A stretch of 64,000 nt of DNA from Octopus vulgaris (taxonomy: Eukaryota). Below the pieces are notes generated by a model that saw only the letters and a program-made list of their open reading frames with translations, did no database searches and was not told the origin of the DNA. The translations under genes and the position numbers were made by a program. Positions 14,051 to 28,218 of this stretch are shown here, in pieces (position 1 is the stretch's first letter; each line of letters starts with the position of its first letter). The stretch covers positions 30,442,001-30,506,000 of the forward strand of contig OX597828.1 of the NCBI GenBank assembly GCA_951406725.2, read 5' to 3'.

Positions 14051-15250
14051 TAACACTAAAAACTTTCACAAATTATCTCTTCACATAATATTAGTCTGAT
14101 AGATAAGAAGCCAATTACTGAAAATAATAACATCAATTTAGCTAATAGTAACCCTTCCCCTAGAAGTATTAACAACAGGGTTATTGTCTCTGAAGTCAAT
14201 TCCAACAGAATTACGTTTATGTCTAGTAATTATAAGACTAAAACCTATATACCAGTGTAAAAGTACTTCCGGTACCGATGTCTTTTTATATAGGTAGTTC
14301 TTCTCAGTTATCTAAAAGAATTTCTAATCATTACTCTACATTTAGGGATAGTAATAAACGCAACAGTACTAGGCTAAGTAAATTAGTTTGGTATCTAAAA
14401 GATCATAAAAAACAATTTTATTTAGATTGGTTGATTCTCTCCATTTCATTCCCATATGATAAAGGCAAAGACTTTTGCCAACTCTGTAATAGTGAAATAA
14501 TTTATATTCTATTGCTAAGAATCCACTTGTAAACACGTTTATAGAGCGTGCTTATCGATGTAAACATTGGCAGACACATACATTTAAAAAATAAAATGAG
14601 GTGGTTGCTGGCAGAAACGTTAGCACGCCGGGCGAAATTCTTAGCGGTATTTCGTCTGCCGTTACGTTCTGAGTTCAAATCCCACCAAGGTCGACTTTGC
14701 CTTTCATCCTTTCGGGGTCGATAAATTAAGTATGAGTTACACACTGGGGTCGATGTAATCGACTTAATCCTTTTGTCTGCCCTTATTTGTCCCCTCTATG
14801 TTTAGCCCTTTGTGGGCAATAAATAAGTAAGAAACATAACTTTAGTTCATAAAAGTGTTATCTATCATTCTATATAATTTGAACATTGCTTTTCTTCTTA
14901 CATTTCAGTGCCACTAGATATATTTATTTTCAAGCCTTTAAGCTGTTATCATAATTCACACATCGCTCTATTTATTAGTTTTCAGCTTATTCCTTCTTTT
15001 ACCCCTTCGCTTTCTATAGGCTACCGTTGACGTTATACCTACTAACGGTCTTTTAAGAAAAACTTAATGGCGTTCCGTTCATCATTATACACATCCATCA
15101 CATTCTGTTAAAATGTCTTATTGATAAGTGTCATTCCTTTCTTTCCTTTATCGGAAGATTGCATTGTTTTACACCATTTTATTCCTTTTGGAATAATGCC
15201 AATGTTGACTTCGAAACATATCGGAAGTAAAAGAATTTGAATAACACCTG
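14050..15250 (+). mobile_element. Penelope-like linker, GIY-YIG endonuclease and 3' non-coding end
   Basis: Peptides QIISSHN, IYQCK..FYIGSS..KRISNHYSTF..STRLSKLVWYLKD..CQLCNSE. Interrupted by SINE B at 14599-14830. The 3' boundary is approximate. Confidence 0.85.
14599..14830 (+). mobile_element. SINE family B inserted in the PLE 3' region
   Basis: GCTGGCAGAAACGTTAGCACGCCGGGCGAAA head, GAGTTCAAATCC B-box and family B body. Confidence 0.9.
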
Positions 15251-15275
15251 CGTTTAACTACATGTATATATATAC

Positions 15276-15387
<112 letters not shown>

Positions 15388-15599
15388 GATCGCAATGTTG
15401 ATTCGCTAGCTTCTGCACGCATTTTTTTCTCTCCTTGTTTCTTTCCGTGTTTCTTTTCTGTGTATCTTTCTGTTGAAGAGCGTAGGCTCGAAACGTAAAA
15501 GACTTGTTTTATTTATATTTCTGAGCGCCATACTAATACAATTGTTTGTTTGTATTCCACCTGCCTTCGTCTTTTGTTTATTTTCATAAAGCTTCCCGT

Positions 15600-15600
<1 letters not shown>
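15388..15600 (+). mobile_element. Short non-coding element in (TA)n carrying a minimal hammerhead motif (PLE pLTR/retrozyme-like)
   Basis: Hammerhead motif at 15465-15502. (TA)n tracts on both sides. Downstream CTGAGCG..AATAC..TTCCAC segment is related to 16360-16400. Confidence 0.7.
15465..15502 (+). ncRNA. Minimal type I hammerhead ribozyme motif (one core substitution)
   Basis: TCTTT-CTGTTGA-A-GAGC(GTAG)GCTC-GAAA-CGTA-AAAGA. Stem I TCTTT/AAAGA, stem II GAGC/GCTC, GUA cleavage triplet. The core is CUGUUGA instead of CUGANGA. Confidence 0.7.
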
Positions 15601-15690
<90 letters not shown>

Positions 15691-15730
15691 GTACATATAT
15701 AAGCATGTACATATATATATATGTATGTAT

Positions 15731-15802
<72 letters not shown>

Positions 15803-16204
15803 TATAAGTTAGAGGTTATGAAACCGTCTAAGGGATAAATGTTTCGGTAGGCACTACTCGTGTATTACCTATGTATAAGCATTGCTATAACGTTAAAACT
15901 AGTTGGTAATTTAAATTGTAAATCTTGGTTTATTATATTCTGATAAGAAAAGAAATGGAACAGCAATTAACAAGTTGATTATTGTTATTAATTTGTCATT
16001 GTTTAATTATAGTTAAAATAACATTTACAGCAGTTTCAGTTTGTTATTTTTGAGGTCAATTTGCATTTACCTCGTTCTATGTAACAAACATCGTCAGAGT
16101 GACTTAGAGTTTATCAGAGGAATATTGAAACGAGAAAAAGGAAAAAGGATAAGAAAAGGAGAAAAGGAAAAAAATGGAAAAATAGTCCGTTAAGCCTTTG
16201 GGCT

Positions 16205-16439
16205 TATATTTTTGAGTCCTTCAAAGGGTGCACGTGCGCGTCTCGTTGTACCGTAGGCGATTTTTGTTTCCTCAGTCTTCCCTTCTCTGGATCTTTCCTT
16301 CTCCTATGTTTCCGACGAAGAGCTCCACTCGAAACGTTGAACCCTCCTTCTTTCCTTCTTTCCTGAGCGTCCAATAATGCTATATTTGTTCCACGTCCTT
16401 GCGTTGAGTTTTGTTGTGCTTTCTTGTTTGGATTAACTT

Positions 16440-16440
<1 letters not shown>
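16205..16440 (+). mobile_element. Short hammerhead-bearing element abutting (TA)n, same family as 47780-47992
   Basis: GTTT-CCGACGA-A-GAG(CTCCA)CTC-GAAA-CGTT-GAAC at 16308-16342. Colinear with the reverse complement of 47780-47992. Confidence 0.7.
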
Positions 16441-16512
<72 letters not shown>

Positions 16513-16523
16513 GAATATATGTA

Positions 16524-16568
<45 letters not shown>

Positions 16569-16581
16569 ATGTATGTATGTA

Positions 16582-16645
<64 letters not shown>

Positions 16646-16657
16646 CATATATATATT

Positions 16658-16714
<57 letters not shown>

Positions 16715-17370
16715 AATTTCCATAAACACACCACAAATTTATATCATTCGGTTATAGTACCTCTCACCAGGGACACAATCGTTTGGAACGCAGCACTGGA
16801 TGTTACAAGTGCAATTCGGTGCTTAACCACGACGAATCATCAGGGAACATTTTATTGCATTATGTTACAGACATTAGCTCTTTGTGACATAATACAATAC
16901 TTTGTTCTCCCGTGATCTATTGTGCTTAAGCATGGAATTGCACTTAGAACAATGATTGAATGTGTTGGTCTGTATGTATATATATATATGTGTGTATGAT
17001 TGTATGTACGTATGTATGTATATGTGTATGTATGTGTATGTATGTATGCATGTATGTATCTACCTATGCATGTATGAATGTATGTATATATGTATATATA
17101 TGTACGTATGTATCTGACTGCATATGTAGAAAAACACTTGTGTGGACTAGAGGAAAAGAAAGTTGCTATGATACTGTTTCCCAGAAACCGATGAAATTGA
17201 ATCCATTGCAACTCCGCGCATTACACCTCAGTATCTCAGTGAAAGATAATAGCAGCGAAAGAATTGTGGAGGGGATGGTGGGGATTCGACATTTTAGCAA
17301 GAAAGGCATGCACATAGTGGTTACTACGGAGCTTGATAGATTTCATTCAGCAATGGTGATATAGTGATTA

Positions 17371-17757
17371 AAGGCGGCGAAATGCTTAGCGGTATTACGT
17401 CTGCCGCTACGTTCTGAGTTCATATTCCACCGAGGTCGACTTTGCCTTTCATCCTTTAGGGGTCGATTAAATAAATACCAGTTACGCACTGGGGTCGATA
17501 TGATCGACTTAATCCGTTTGTCTGTCCTTGTTAGTATGCTCTGTGTTTAGCTCCTTGTGGGTAGTAAAGAAGTAGGTATTTCCTCTGCCGTTATATTCTC
17601 AGTTTAAACTCCGCCGACGTCGGCTTTGCTTTTCATCCTTTCAGGGTCGATTAAATAAATACCTGTTACGCAATGGGGTCGATGTAATCGACTTAATCTC
17701 TTTTTCTGTCCTTGTTTGTCCCCTCTATGTTTAGCCCCCTGCGCGCAATAAAGAAAT
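17371..17757 (+). mobile_element. SINE family B, dimeric, with head deletion
   Basis: Two tandem ~190-bp body units. The head reads GGCGGCGA|AATGCTTAGC, lacking the segment seen in the 38133 copy. Confidence 0.9.
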
Positions 17758-20099
17758 GAATGGTACTATAGAAGCTTGAGTCAAAACATAAATGAAGGCG
17801 TAATTATTATATACTAAAATACACCGAAGGATGAAACAAACATAGAGATAGGAGGAATTTTATCCCAGAAGATATAAGTTGCAATAAATCAAATATCGTA
17901 AGGAATTTGGTGTGATGCTGCAATGATTGCTCCACTGCTCCTCTATATATTGGATTCCAAAAGTAGTAAAGACCAGATATTTTGAATGAGATTAATGAAT
18001 GAGATTTGAATGAGATACCTTTACCGCCATGAAGTACACATATACTTTTTAGATTCATTGCATACAGAAATACAGCAACCATACACTTTGAATCTAGAAT
18101 CTAATATACCAGGATACCGTCGATCTAATGACTCTGGACAAAACGTTTTTTATAGTCGTGATCGTAGTAGTGTAGTTATTGTTTCCATTTACATTTTTAG
18201 CCGTGCTTCACCGATATAACTGAAACACATAACAGCGTCTCTATTTACGTTTTATATTTCAAATTATATTAAATTTAAAGAGATTTATAGAGATTGCCTT
18301 GTTTCCTTCTTTGCTCTTTTCCTGTGAATAAACTTGTGATTTACTGCAAGCAAGATAAACATTAACCATTGAGTTGCAATACTTATCAGATTTTATTTCT
18401 CCTATGAAAGTTTTTGCGTGAACATTATCGCAGAAAACTTCTTAACTAATGGTTAAAATAAAGAGTAAAATAGTTGATTCATTAGGAGATTAAAACCGTG
18501 TTCTTATCTTCATCTTTTAGTATGCTGAATCCATTCAAAGTTAAATTTTTCACTGGAAAAAATCCATTTATTTTTTTCGTGCTTAAATTACTAAATGCTT
18601 ATTGGATATAGAAGCATGTAACAGAAATGCGATATGTTATGATGCGACATTTATTAACGTTTAACCATATTTTGAAGCAAGACCGATAGTTTTCAATAAA
18701 ATTGTGGGAAGTTATAAGCGGGAAACTGTTGATATTTTCTAGTTCACACGATTGGTATTGATGATTTTTGCCGTTTTACGGGACTTATTGTTCGTTAAAT
18801 ATTAATATATTGTAATATTTGTGTATACCTGCTGGCTAAGTATGGGTTTTCGGCCTGTTCTTTCATCACGCCAATGTCGGTATTTTAATTAACACTAATA
18901 TAAAAGCGTGTGCCAATATATAAAGGGAAACACTGAAATACATTCACAGTTGCGTTCTCATTCTTTAACATACACACACATCAGCAGAATACATGTTCAG
19001 AATAACATAAATGCACATGTTCATATATCAACATACCTACATACACGTAAGTGACTTTGAGCGGGCAAATAGTATATTGACGTGCACGATCCTGGAGAAT
19101 AATAGGATTTTCTCTAGTAGAACACCCACCTTATTTTTAAACCAATGTCTGTTAAATCCACCATTTGCAGGTTAATCTGCTACTCTGTATCTTCGGGCTT
19201 TTGAACGGAATTTATTGAACAAATTATTAATATTTAGATTACAACGACAAGACAGAATAATTCTTCAGAACAGAAAAATTGATTTAGTTCTCTGTCATGA
19301 ACACACAAATCCCTTGCAGCCAGAAATCCTGGAAAACTAAATAATTCTCTTAAAATCACGACTTTGCTAGCCAAGTAACTGAACATGAAACCTTACTACA
19401 CTATGTACTGAGGGCGGAAAATATTTGGAAAGGTGCATGCGTACGAGTCTCAAATGAATTGAATTAACACCGACAATAGTTCTTCAAGGTTCAATTTGAA
19501 ATAAAAGACTGCGATATCCAAGCATGTAGCACAAACAATATAAATTTGCTAGGGTGAAGAATGAAAAATTTTAAAGATGTTTAATTAAGTCCTTTCCTGT
19601 TTTCAGTTCAAATAAATATCGATCCCTCACAACTGTCCTTCATTCTGTCACAAAATGCACTCACACACACACACACAACAGGCTTAATTTTTTTAGCCCA
19701 AACTACACAATGATTTATGGCCTTCCTTGTATCTGTTACCGTACAAAAGGAAATCAATTGTTTTTCGTCACTGCAAAAACAGCAAAACAAAAAAATCACA
19801 GTAATGTTAATACATCCTTCTGTATTAGAAATGAGATAATAGTGGCGCCAATGATCAGAACAGCAAAGTTACAGAGTGTCTCTAAATTTTATTAGTGAAC
19901 AAAGGACTATTCCTACTAATTCAACATATCATATATCAGTTCAGTCAACATAATCATCCTCAGTATATTTTGGTAATAAGGAGTAACCTAATATGATCTC
20001 TGGTGTCACATCAATGCACATCACATTTAAGTGTAATCAGCAGAGTTCAGCCGCCTTCCAAATATCCATGTCCGATATGTTGTTAACAACGTTCTATCC

Positions 20100-20175
<76 letters not shown>

Positions 20176-21470
20176 GACTCTTTTAAACCATTTTCTGTTG
20201 TTCTCCATTCTTTCATAATACATTAGCTTACTTCTAGAAGTAAATAACATTTTACTATCGGTTTGATCTCAACACAACATTTCACGTAAGAACAAGTTGA
20301 ATGGTTAATTCCTTTGATATTTTGAATAGGTTTAATACCCCTTAAGTATTAGATGTTTTAAAATATAGTGGATATTTTCCTTTTTATAATAAATACTAAT
20401 GATTTCAAATATAGACAAATACTCCGACGTTTCTGAGGCGGTGTGTATCCAAATCAATAAGTTCTAGTTATTAACAAATGCGTATTTTGTCGATGTAGCA
20501 AACTGGGTGTAATTAGGTTACTTAGGCGAATTAGTTATCTGGTCTCCATCCTTCTTGCGTTTTTATTACCGTTGTATATCTATAAATTATAAGGTTTTCT
20601 TACATCATTACAAAATATGAATGGAAGGGGTGCAATAAAATCCCTCAGGCAGATTGATATAATTTCGACCTAGAATGTATTGAAAATCAAAGTTAATTAC
20701 ATCGGTGTTTGAACTGTAAATAATAAGAGACAAAATACTTCATTCAGTATGATGCCTACTGCACATATTATTTAACGTCACTGACTTTATATCTCTTTGC
20801 TTTATACATTTTCAACCGTCTATATTTTGATTTCAAGTCCCATTGCAATCGTTTTAAACTCTTATACAATTCATATCAGCGTCCATCATTGTTTTGATGT
20901 AAATAATGAAAAATCGCAACGGCTTCGATTGCTAATAAGAGGAGAGGCACGAGAATATGATGACAGTCTAAGTAGAAACAAAAAAAAGAAGAAAACAGTG
21001 GCCACTGTTCAACAGCAGAGATTAAGAACTTGATATAAATCCTAAGTAGCATTGAGAGAAATGTCACTAGTCAGACTGACATTGATTTGCCTACGAAGAC
21101 ACACAGCAGCCTCTAGCTTCTGGACCGAATGAGTTTATTATTTTTTTTTTGCTGTCTTTACTGCAGCTTCAGCAGTGATGATTAGCAAATCTTGATTGGC
21201 CTGTGTAGACGTCACTTTACCTCTCCCGACCATTTTACACCCTTCTGTTTCTTTATTGTGTCCAGCTTCAGATCATACTGTAATTAGGAATACTGATTGT
21301 TCCTCAACGGAAGGGCACTGTCTGCAATTCAAGCCCTAAACTGCGTTTTATACTTATTCATTTTCTTCCAACTAGAATTCTTCATGCAAGCATTTAATTT
21401 CAACATTGCTTCATGTTTGAGAAAAAGTGGGGAAAACATACATATCTAGTCCCCAGTTTGAACCTATATG

Positions 21471-21572
<102 letters not shown>

Positions 21573-22839
21573 ATAGAAAACTGTTCGTCTCCGTGCTGGT
21601 AAAATTTGAAATTACGATGTAATGCCACATAAATATACACGGCAAGCAGCAACTTCTTTAGAAAGTTTTCTATTTCAGTTATTCACCCTTCTTTTAGTTG
21701 ATAATTTACCACCGTGATAGATCATTGATTCCGAGAGTGGAAATTTGACAGTCTCTACTTCAGTGAAACTATATTTTGATTGTTTCTTATTGCGAGCCTT
21801 TACTAACAGTGGTCATAAAAATAAGCACATTAACAACATATTTAATTTTAGATGCAAGAACTGGTGAGTTAGCAAGAATTTCTTTCTAGATATAGAGAAA
21901 TCTTAATGTATGCTGCTCGTAAGTTTATCAATCTGTGTATATGTGTACACCTACATACACACTCACACACATACACACACCTATACGCACACATATATGT
22001 ATATGCATGTGTGTCTATGAATTTATATTGCATTTTCCTCAACCGTACACAGTCAGATGCTATTAGGAAATATTTAGTATTGTGTCTAATATGACGTACA
22101 TACATAAAATAGTTTGGCAAGAAAATGCGTCACTGCATTTTTATGACTTTTAGAAAAAGATTTAGGCTAACATGGCTTCCTTACTCGTCACAAATTAAAT
22201 TGTGTCGTAATGGCACTACTAGAAAATAGCAATGTTATCAACCTTATGCATGCCATAAGTCTTCATTTAGCAATAACAGGCATCCAAAAACCCATAACAT
22301 AAAATACAACCATTTGGAAACATCACTCATTGAAAATTAGAGTAATGCCAGATGACTAAAATATTAAGTGATAGCAGCAGCAGTAGTAGTGAAGAGAAAC
22401 AGAGACTTCACATAGAGCTTCATTTGGAAATAACAGTAATCTGAAAGTGAATAATGGCCTCTGACATGATTGGAAAGCGGATATTCGATAAAATATATTT
22501 TAAGAAAGTTTCCTGATAATTTTTGACATTCCTGACATATTTTACGCAAGCGAATTTTGTCGCCAAATAGAGACATATTTTGTACATCTGATCTATAATT
22601 TCGCCACGAAAATGATGGTGCTAGCATGCCGGTTTTATTCCGATGCAACAATTGTATATCTCAAAGTATATTAGAATATGTTTCGAAACAGATAGGCAAT
22701 CGAACACAAATTTTTCGCAATCAATGTGTACCAGTAGTTAACATCTGGGCTAAGGGCTATTAGTATACCGGGAGATCGGGATAATTGGCCGGCCTAGAAT
22801 ATGCAGCAATAATGTGCATGCGTTATCGATGAAATATTT

Positions 22840-23260
22840 GTAGTAATGTGTGCGAAATAATTTGCTTGAGAGCCATATGGTTCTGAGTTAGTTCTCTTGT
22901 AGTTCGGTTAAATGGTTCCTACTATGGCTCCGGGCCAACCACGTCCTTGCAAATAAATTTGGTAGACGGAAACTGAAAGCTCTTCATGTATATAAGTTTG
23001 TGTGTGTGTGTGTGTTTTATTTTTCATGTGTTTGTGTGTGTGTTTGCGTGTCTGTGTATACCTATGTGTGTATATCTTAGTGTTTGTCTACCACCAGTGT
23101 TGGTTTGTTTACTCCTAGTAATACGTATAACAGTTCGGCAAAAGACAGATAGAATAAGTAAGAGACTTTTAAAAACTAGATACTGGGCTCAGTCTTTTAA
23201 AGGAGGACATCCATCCAGTGTATCTGCATTACATTGACTAAAAGAAGTAAAAGATGAAAA
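22840..23260 (+). mobile_element. Old SINE family A copy
   Basis: TTTGGTAGACGGAAACTGAAAG core, TG tract and GTTCGGCAAAAGACAGATAGAATAAGTA. Confidence 0.75.
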
Positions 23261-24135
23261 AGGGAATCCTGATGATAATCTAGCTAAAAGAGTAGTACGG
23301 ATGCTTACTTTTGTAAACTCTTCAAGGGAGTAAAATTTCGACCCAACAATTGATTTACTCAATTGCAATATCTTCAGCTGAGCATCGATTTTAATTTAGA
23401 AATGTCTTGTAGAATATCCACTACATTTTCCCACACAAAAACATATATTGGAGAAGATAATATACATTGCCTTTTTATGACGTTTGAAAAGGGAATCGAT
23501 ATTGGTTAGTGATACAAGGTTGACCAATAAAATGAAAAGAAAATTTGTACTCATATGAATTCGATATTTCAGAGATTTCTGTTTCGAATGATTCAAATTA
23601 TTTTATTGTTTACCTGTGGTGTCGAATGGATGAGGATATTTAACCATTATTTTCACCAGTAGCAAAAATGCAACGAACTCGTGTGAAATATGTACATAAA
23701 ATATACAAGAATTAAACACAATAGTGAACACCGAATAGCGAACGTCATTCATGGCGAGACAACTGCCAATTGCGATTCCTGTACAAAATATATTTGACTG
23801 ATATCAGAGAATGGATATTTTACTGGTTCGTATATTTATAGAGCCGAAAGCTTCTCACCAGCCCTTAACATAAATCTTAAATTTTTTTCTCGTATCAATG
23901 TTCTAGGTGCGAATGCCCTGAGCCTTTCGAGCTTCGTATATGTTTTTTAATATATATTTTCTTTGAGTCTGCGTTCTGAATTCAAAATACAGGTAGCTCA
24001 AATTTAATTTCATCTACGCTGGTTGGTAAAGTAACAGCCAAATTTTGGGTAGTATTTTCTTGATGTGTCTGCCAACCTCTCTGTTTCTCACTACATCTTG
24101 TTTCCTCTTCCCTCCTCCACTAAATCATTTACTAG

Positions 24136-24300
24136 AACTGTGGGAAACGTCCCAAAACAACAAATGGGTGAAGTGTTGAACGAGAATGTGTTAATCGCTT
24201 CATATACTAAGAGATGTCTGCCACTAGAAATCACCAAAAGGCGGATGTGCGGCGCAGCATCGAATAGAAATTTGAAGATCAATGGTTTATTGTCACAGAA
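24136..24300 (+). other. Weak candidate exon (165 bp, symmetric phase 2)
   Basis: Pyrimidine tract plus TAG acceptor and GAA|GTAAGC donor. Only one frame is open. No recognisable homology. Confidence 0.2.
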
Positions 24301-27300
24301 GTAAGCAAAGTAAAACTTTTCAACTATGAAATAGCGATATGCTCTTTCAAACAAGAAATTACATACTAATTTAAATATTGTACTGCAAGCCTACATACAC
24401 AAGCATGCATGTACATATGAACATAACACACTTAATGTGTTCTTTAAAGAAGCATTTAATACGGAGAGCTAATTTAATGCTGACAAGTAGAACATAAGAT
24501 ATGGGAATTTCTTTGAAAGCCAATGGAATATTTAGCTGCGATGGAAGCAATATTCTTTTCGTAAAGATAAGACCGAAAGAACATATTCCCTTCTGGAAAG
24601 ATAACGTATGTGTGTCATTTATACGAAACTATATCTAAAAGGAACATGTTTGACACTTAATATTGAATTGCTTTAAAGAAGATATGCTGGTGTTTACGTC
24701 TTTCTTCATAAAATATAGGCAACCCGTCTGAGTGACATAAGATAATTCTTACAATGCATACGCCATTATATCCAAATCTCATAAACGTCTCGAAAAATCG
24801 GATTCATATAATGGTTAAACACCTATCATAATCAATTTTATATTAAACGAATACAGTTGGTAATGAGCAGTTGTTAAGTCCGAGAAAGCCGGATGACGAT
24901 TCGAAAACAATATGTGAGATAAAAGTTGAGCAAAATGTAGAGCTGATAAGAAAGCAATAATATATGCATAACGAACGCAGTATTAGCAAGTTATAATGCA
25001 GCTCTAGGGCTGTACTTTGTGAATTGCTATGCATACCCAGCTGTCATTTGTGTTGTTCCTTTGTACCTTAGTAGGTCATACAAAAATATTTATTAATACT
25101 GAAAGCAGAATTGAAGTTCTGTAAGAAGTATCGTGATACTATTAATAAACTAGATTTTTTAAACCAGTTTTCTGGTTTTAAGTTATGATTATGTGTTACT
25201 CATCTGTTCCATGTAACTGTTTTTTATTTCTAAAGTTAAAATTAATTCCCAGTTACACGCGGTAAATTGTAACATATTATAGAATTAAGGTATGTTACGT
25301 ATACATTAAGTATATGTTACAGGAAAATAGGAAAGTAAATTGTATGTATTTTGATTTTGAAATTAAATATTTAATGTCGGAATAAATATTTGCATTTATA
25401 GTAATCAGCGTTTTACAAGAAGTGGGAAAATATATCGGTGTGTACCAAACAATTAAAACACAACATGATTAAAGACAATTAAGACACAACTTGATTAAAG
25501 ACAATAACGAGTGGTAAAGAATGACATATATTAGAATATCCAACCCTGTATTCTTGAAGTATGAGAAATGTTAGTTGATAAATATATCTTACTTAAAATA
25601 TCGTGCATTCGCTTGCATAAAAATTATAATAATTCTGCACCCAACGTTTCTGACCCCAACCAATTTTTTTTTTAAAAACCGTAAAAGGATTACTTCGCTT
25701 GCGTTCGTTTTTTTGTTGGTTACATTTTAGAAATAAAGTATCAGTTCACATTTTGTTCGATGGAACGTAGGAATATTTGAAGCAACTTAGTTTTCTATAG
25801 ATAAAATGAAATAATGTGGGCACTTAAGAGAGAAGATAGCCTATTAACTCTTAACATTGCTAGACATTCAGAGCTTTCCATAACAGATTGTAATTCGCAC
25901 TATGTAGACGACTTTGCGGTAATCGCAATTGTCTGTGTATATCTCATGGCATAATTGACATTAAATATCATCAATCCAAATTGAAGCATTCTCACCGATT
26001 CGTCTTAATAGATAAAAGAGATTTGAAAATATATTCATACTTTCTCCCGAGTATAATTGACTCCGGAATTTCAAAGAAGACATCTATAATTATGGGCAAG
26101 TATAACGTAAGAATAATAGGTTTCTTAATGAATTAAAATGTTCTGTTTAAATGGATGCTGCAGGAAGGGAAGGCTCGAAGTTTTCTTCAAATTTTTTTCT
26201 TCTGGATTAAGAGTTAATGTTATTAATCACTGGATACAAAGCCAATTTTGTACTTATAGGAGGGATAACAGTTATGTATTTGCATCGAGGTTTTAGAATA
26301 ATGGCATTTATATTGGGGTGGGTGGGTATTATGACAAAGCATGTGTTAGGTCGTCACGTTCATCTGCATTCTTATATTCCATTACTTGCTTTCCTCAAAA
26401 TATATCTGTATAGTATTATATTCTATCTAGATTTTATCAGAATAAAACCTACTGCACTCGTTGACACCATGTCGCACTACTACCAAGAATCAATTAGAAT
26501 ATAAAAACGCATCAGAACGTTAGTATTAATAATATGAACAATAACAATCTCAGTAAGTGTATAATTATTCACAGATTTTCGGGTGAAATGTCACCTTCTT
26601 GTCAAATACAGCGCTCAATGTTTAACAGAAGTTAAACGTTGACTGTCGAAAATGAAGGCACGCACACATGAAGGAACAAAGCTGATTTTGTTTAAATACC
26701 TGTGGTAATCATTTATAAAACTAAGAATTAAATCTTAAGAAGTTTTCTTTGTAAATACATTAGTAAAAGCAAACTAGTAAACTTTACGCTAGTCTTAGAT
26801 CCTGATGTATAAAGTGAATTGCAGAACTACAAATCCTTAATGCACACAGCCTAATTTTATTTTGTATTTTTACTTGAACAAAGTAAGCTGTCTTTTGAAC
26901 CTGTGACGTATAGCGGCTTCCAATGGACACTAGAGAGAATTGCCGCGATTTACTTCCATCTTAGTTAGCTGCAATAAATGACATTTGACACCTAAGCCAT
27001 TATGCTGTCGACATTTTCCTGACTGGATTTAGATGATGTGCCGGCTAGTGGAATCTAATTTTAATACACCATTATTTCATCAAACATTAAAAGGATATAC
27101 TCATAAATCATTCATATTTACAATATGCATCTCTCTATTTCTCTCACTGACTCTCCTCAATATCTCGCTCTTTCTTTCACATCTCACACCTAATCAAGCT
27201 TACGAAATTGAATAAAAGCATATTGGCATGTATTGAAATACGCACAGTGACAGCTTGTTTATACGCAATTTATTGTTTCGGAAATGTTTGGTACACCATT

Positions 27301-27968
27301 TCTTTTACAAGATTACGGAACTTTAATTTCAAAAGAGCTACAAATATGTGAGGGAATATTTCTTCTTTGTGTATCTAATCAATCATCATTTGTTTTAAAT
27401 GCAGTTATTTCTGGGGAATGTTTTAAATTTTATAATTTAAGGAAAATAACGTTGATCGAATGATGGCTACACGTTTAAGAAAAGAACAATAATAATGCAT
27501 ACATACAATGTCGAAGCTTTGAATGCATAGAAAAGATTAGCCTCAAAGAAAGTTATGTTTGGTTTTTAGTTGTAAATTTATTGTCAGATTTAATGTTAAA
27601 GTTTGACAAGGGACGAGTATGTTCTTTATGATACTTATGTTTAGTACCTTGGTATATGTAATGAATAAAAATATGTGTGTGTATGTGTTAGGTTGTGTAT
27701 GGGGATTGAGCGGGAACGTAGGCATGTTTTTTTTTTTTTAACGTTTACTTTCTTCACTCCTCAGACTGCAGGCATCCAATACACGACCTTGGAAAATGTT
27801 TGTTCGAAAGAATCGAACCCAGTACTATTTGCATTTTTTTGTGTGTGTTTTAAGCTAGAACATATTCTATCCTCTTCTTTATAATGTAGACAAATCAAAA
27901 AGGGGCTAGGAAGAGAAAGAAAGCTACGCATAACCACAGACGCACATAATTCTATATAGAAAGAAATA

Positions 27969-28090
27969 CTTTCAGTTTCCTCCTACACAATCCACTCACG
28001 AGGCTTCGGTTGGCTCCAGGCTAAAGTAAAAGGAATGTGCTCAGCATGCCACGCAATGGGACTGAATCCGAAACCATGTGGATCTGGAAT
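27969..28090 (-). mobile_element. SINE family A head fragment, degraded
   Basis: CTTTCAGTTTCC..AATCCACTCACGAGGC..GCCACGCAATGGGACTGAATCCGAAACCATGTGG is the reverse complement of the family A 5' half. Confidence 0.75.
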
Positions 28091-28094
28091 CATA

Positions 28095-28218
<124 letters not shown>

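Noticed and set aside
16775-16850. Minus-strand CCCTGATGA as a hammerhead core
   Set aside because: No convincing GAAA or stem I closure could be found downstream.
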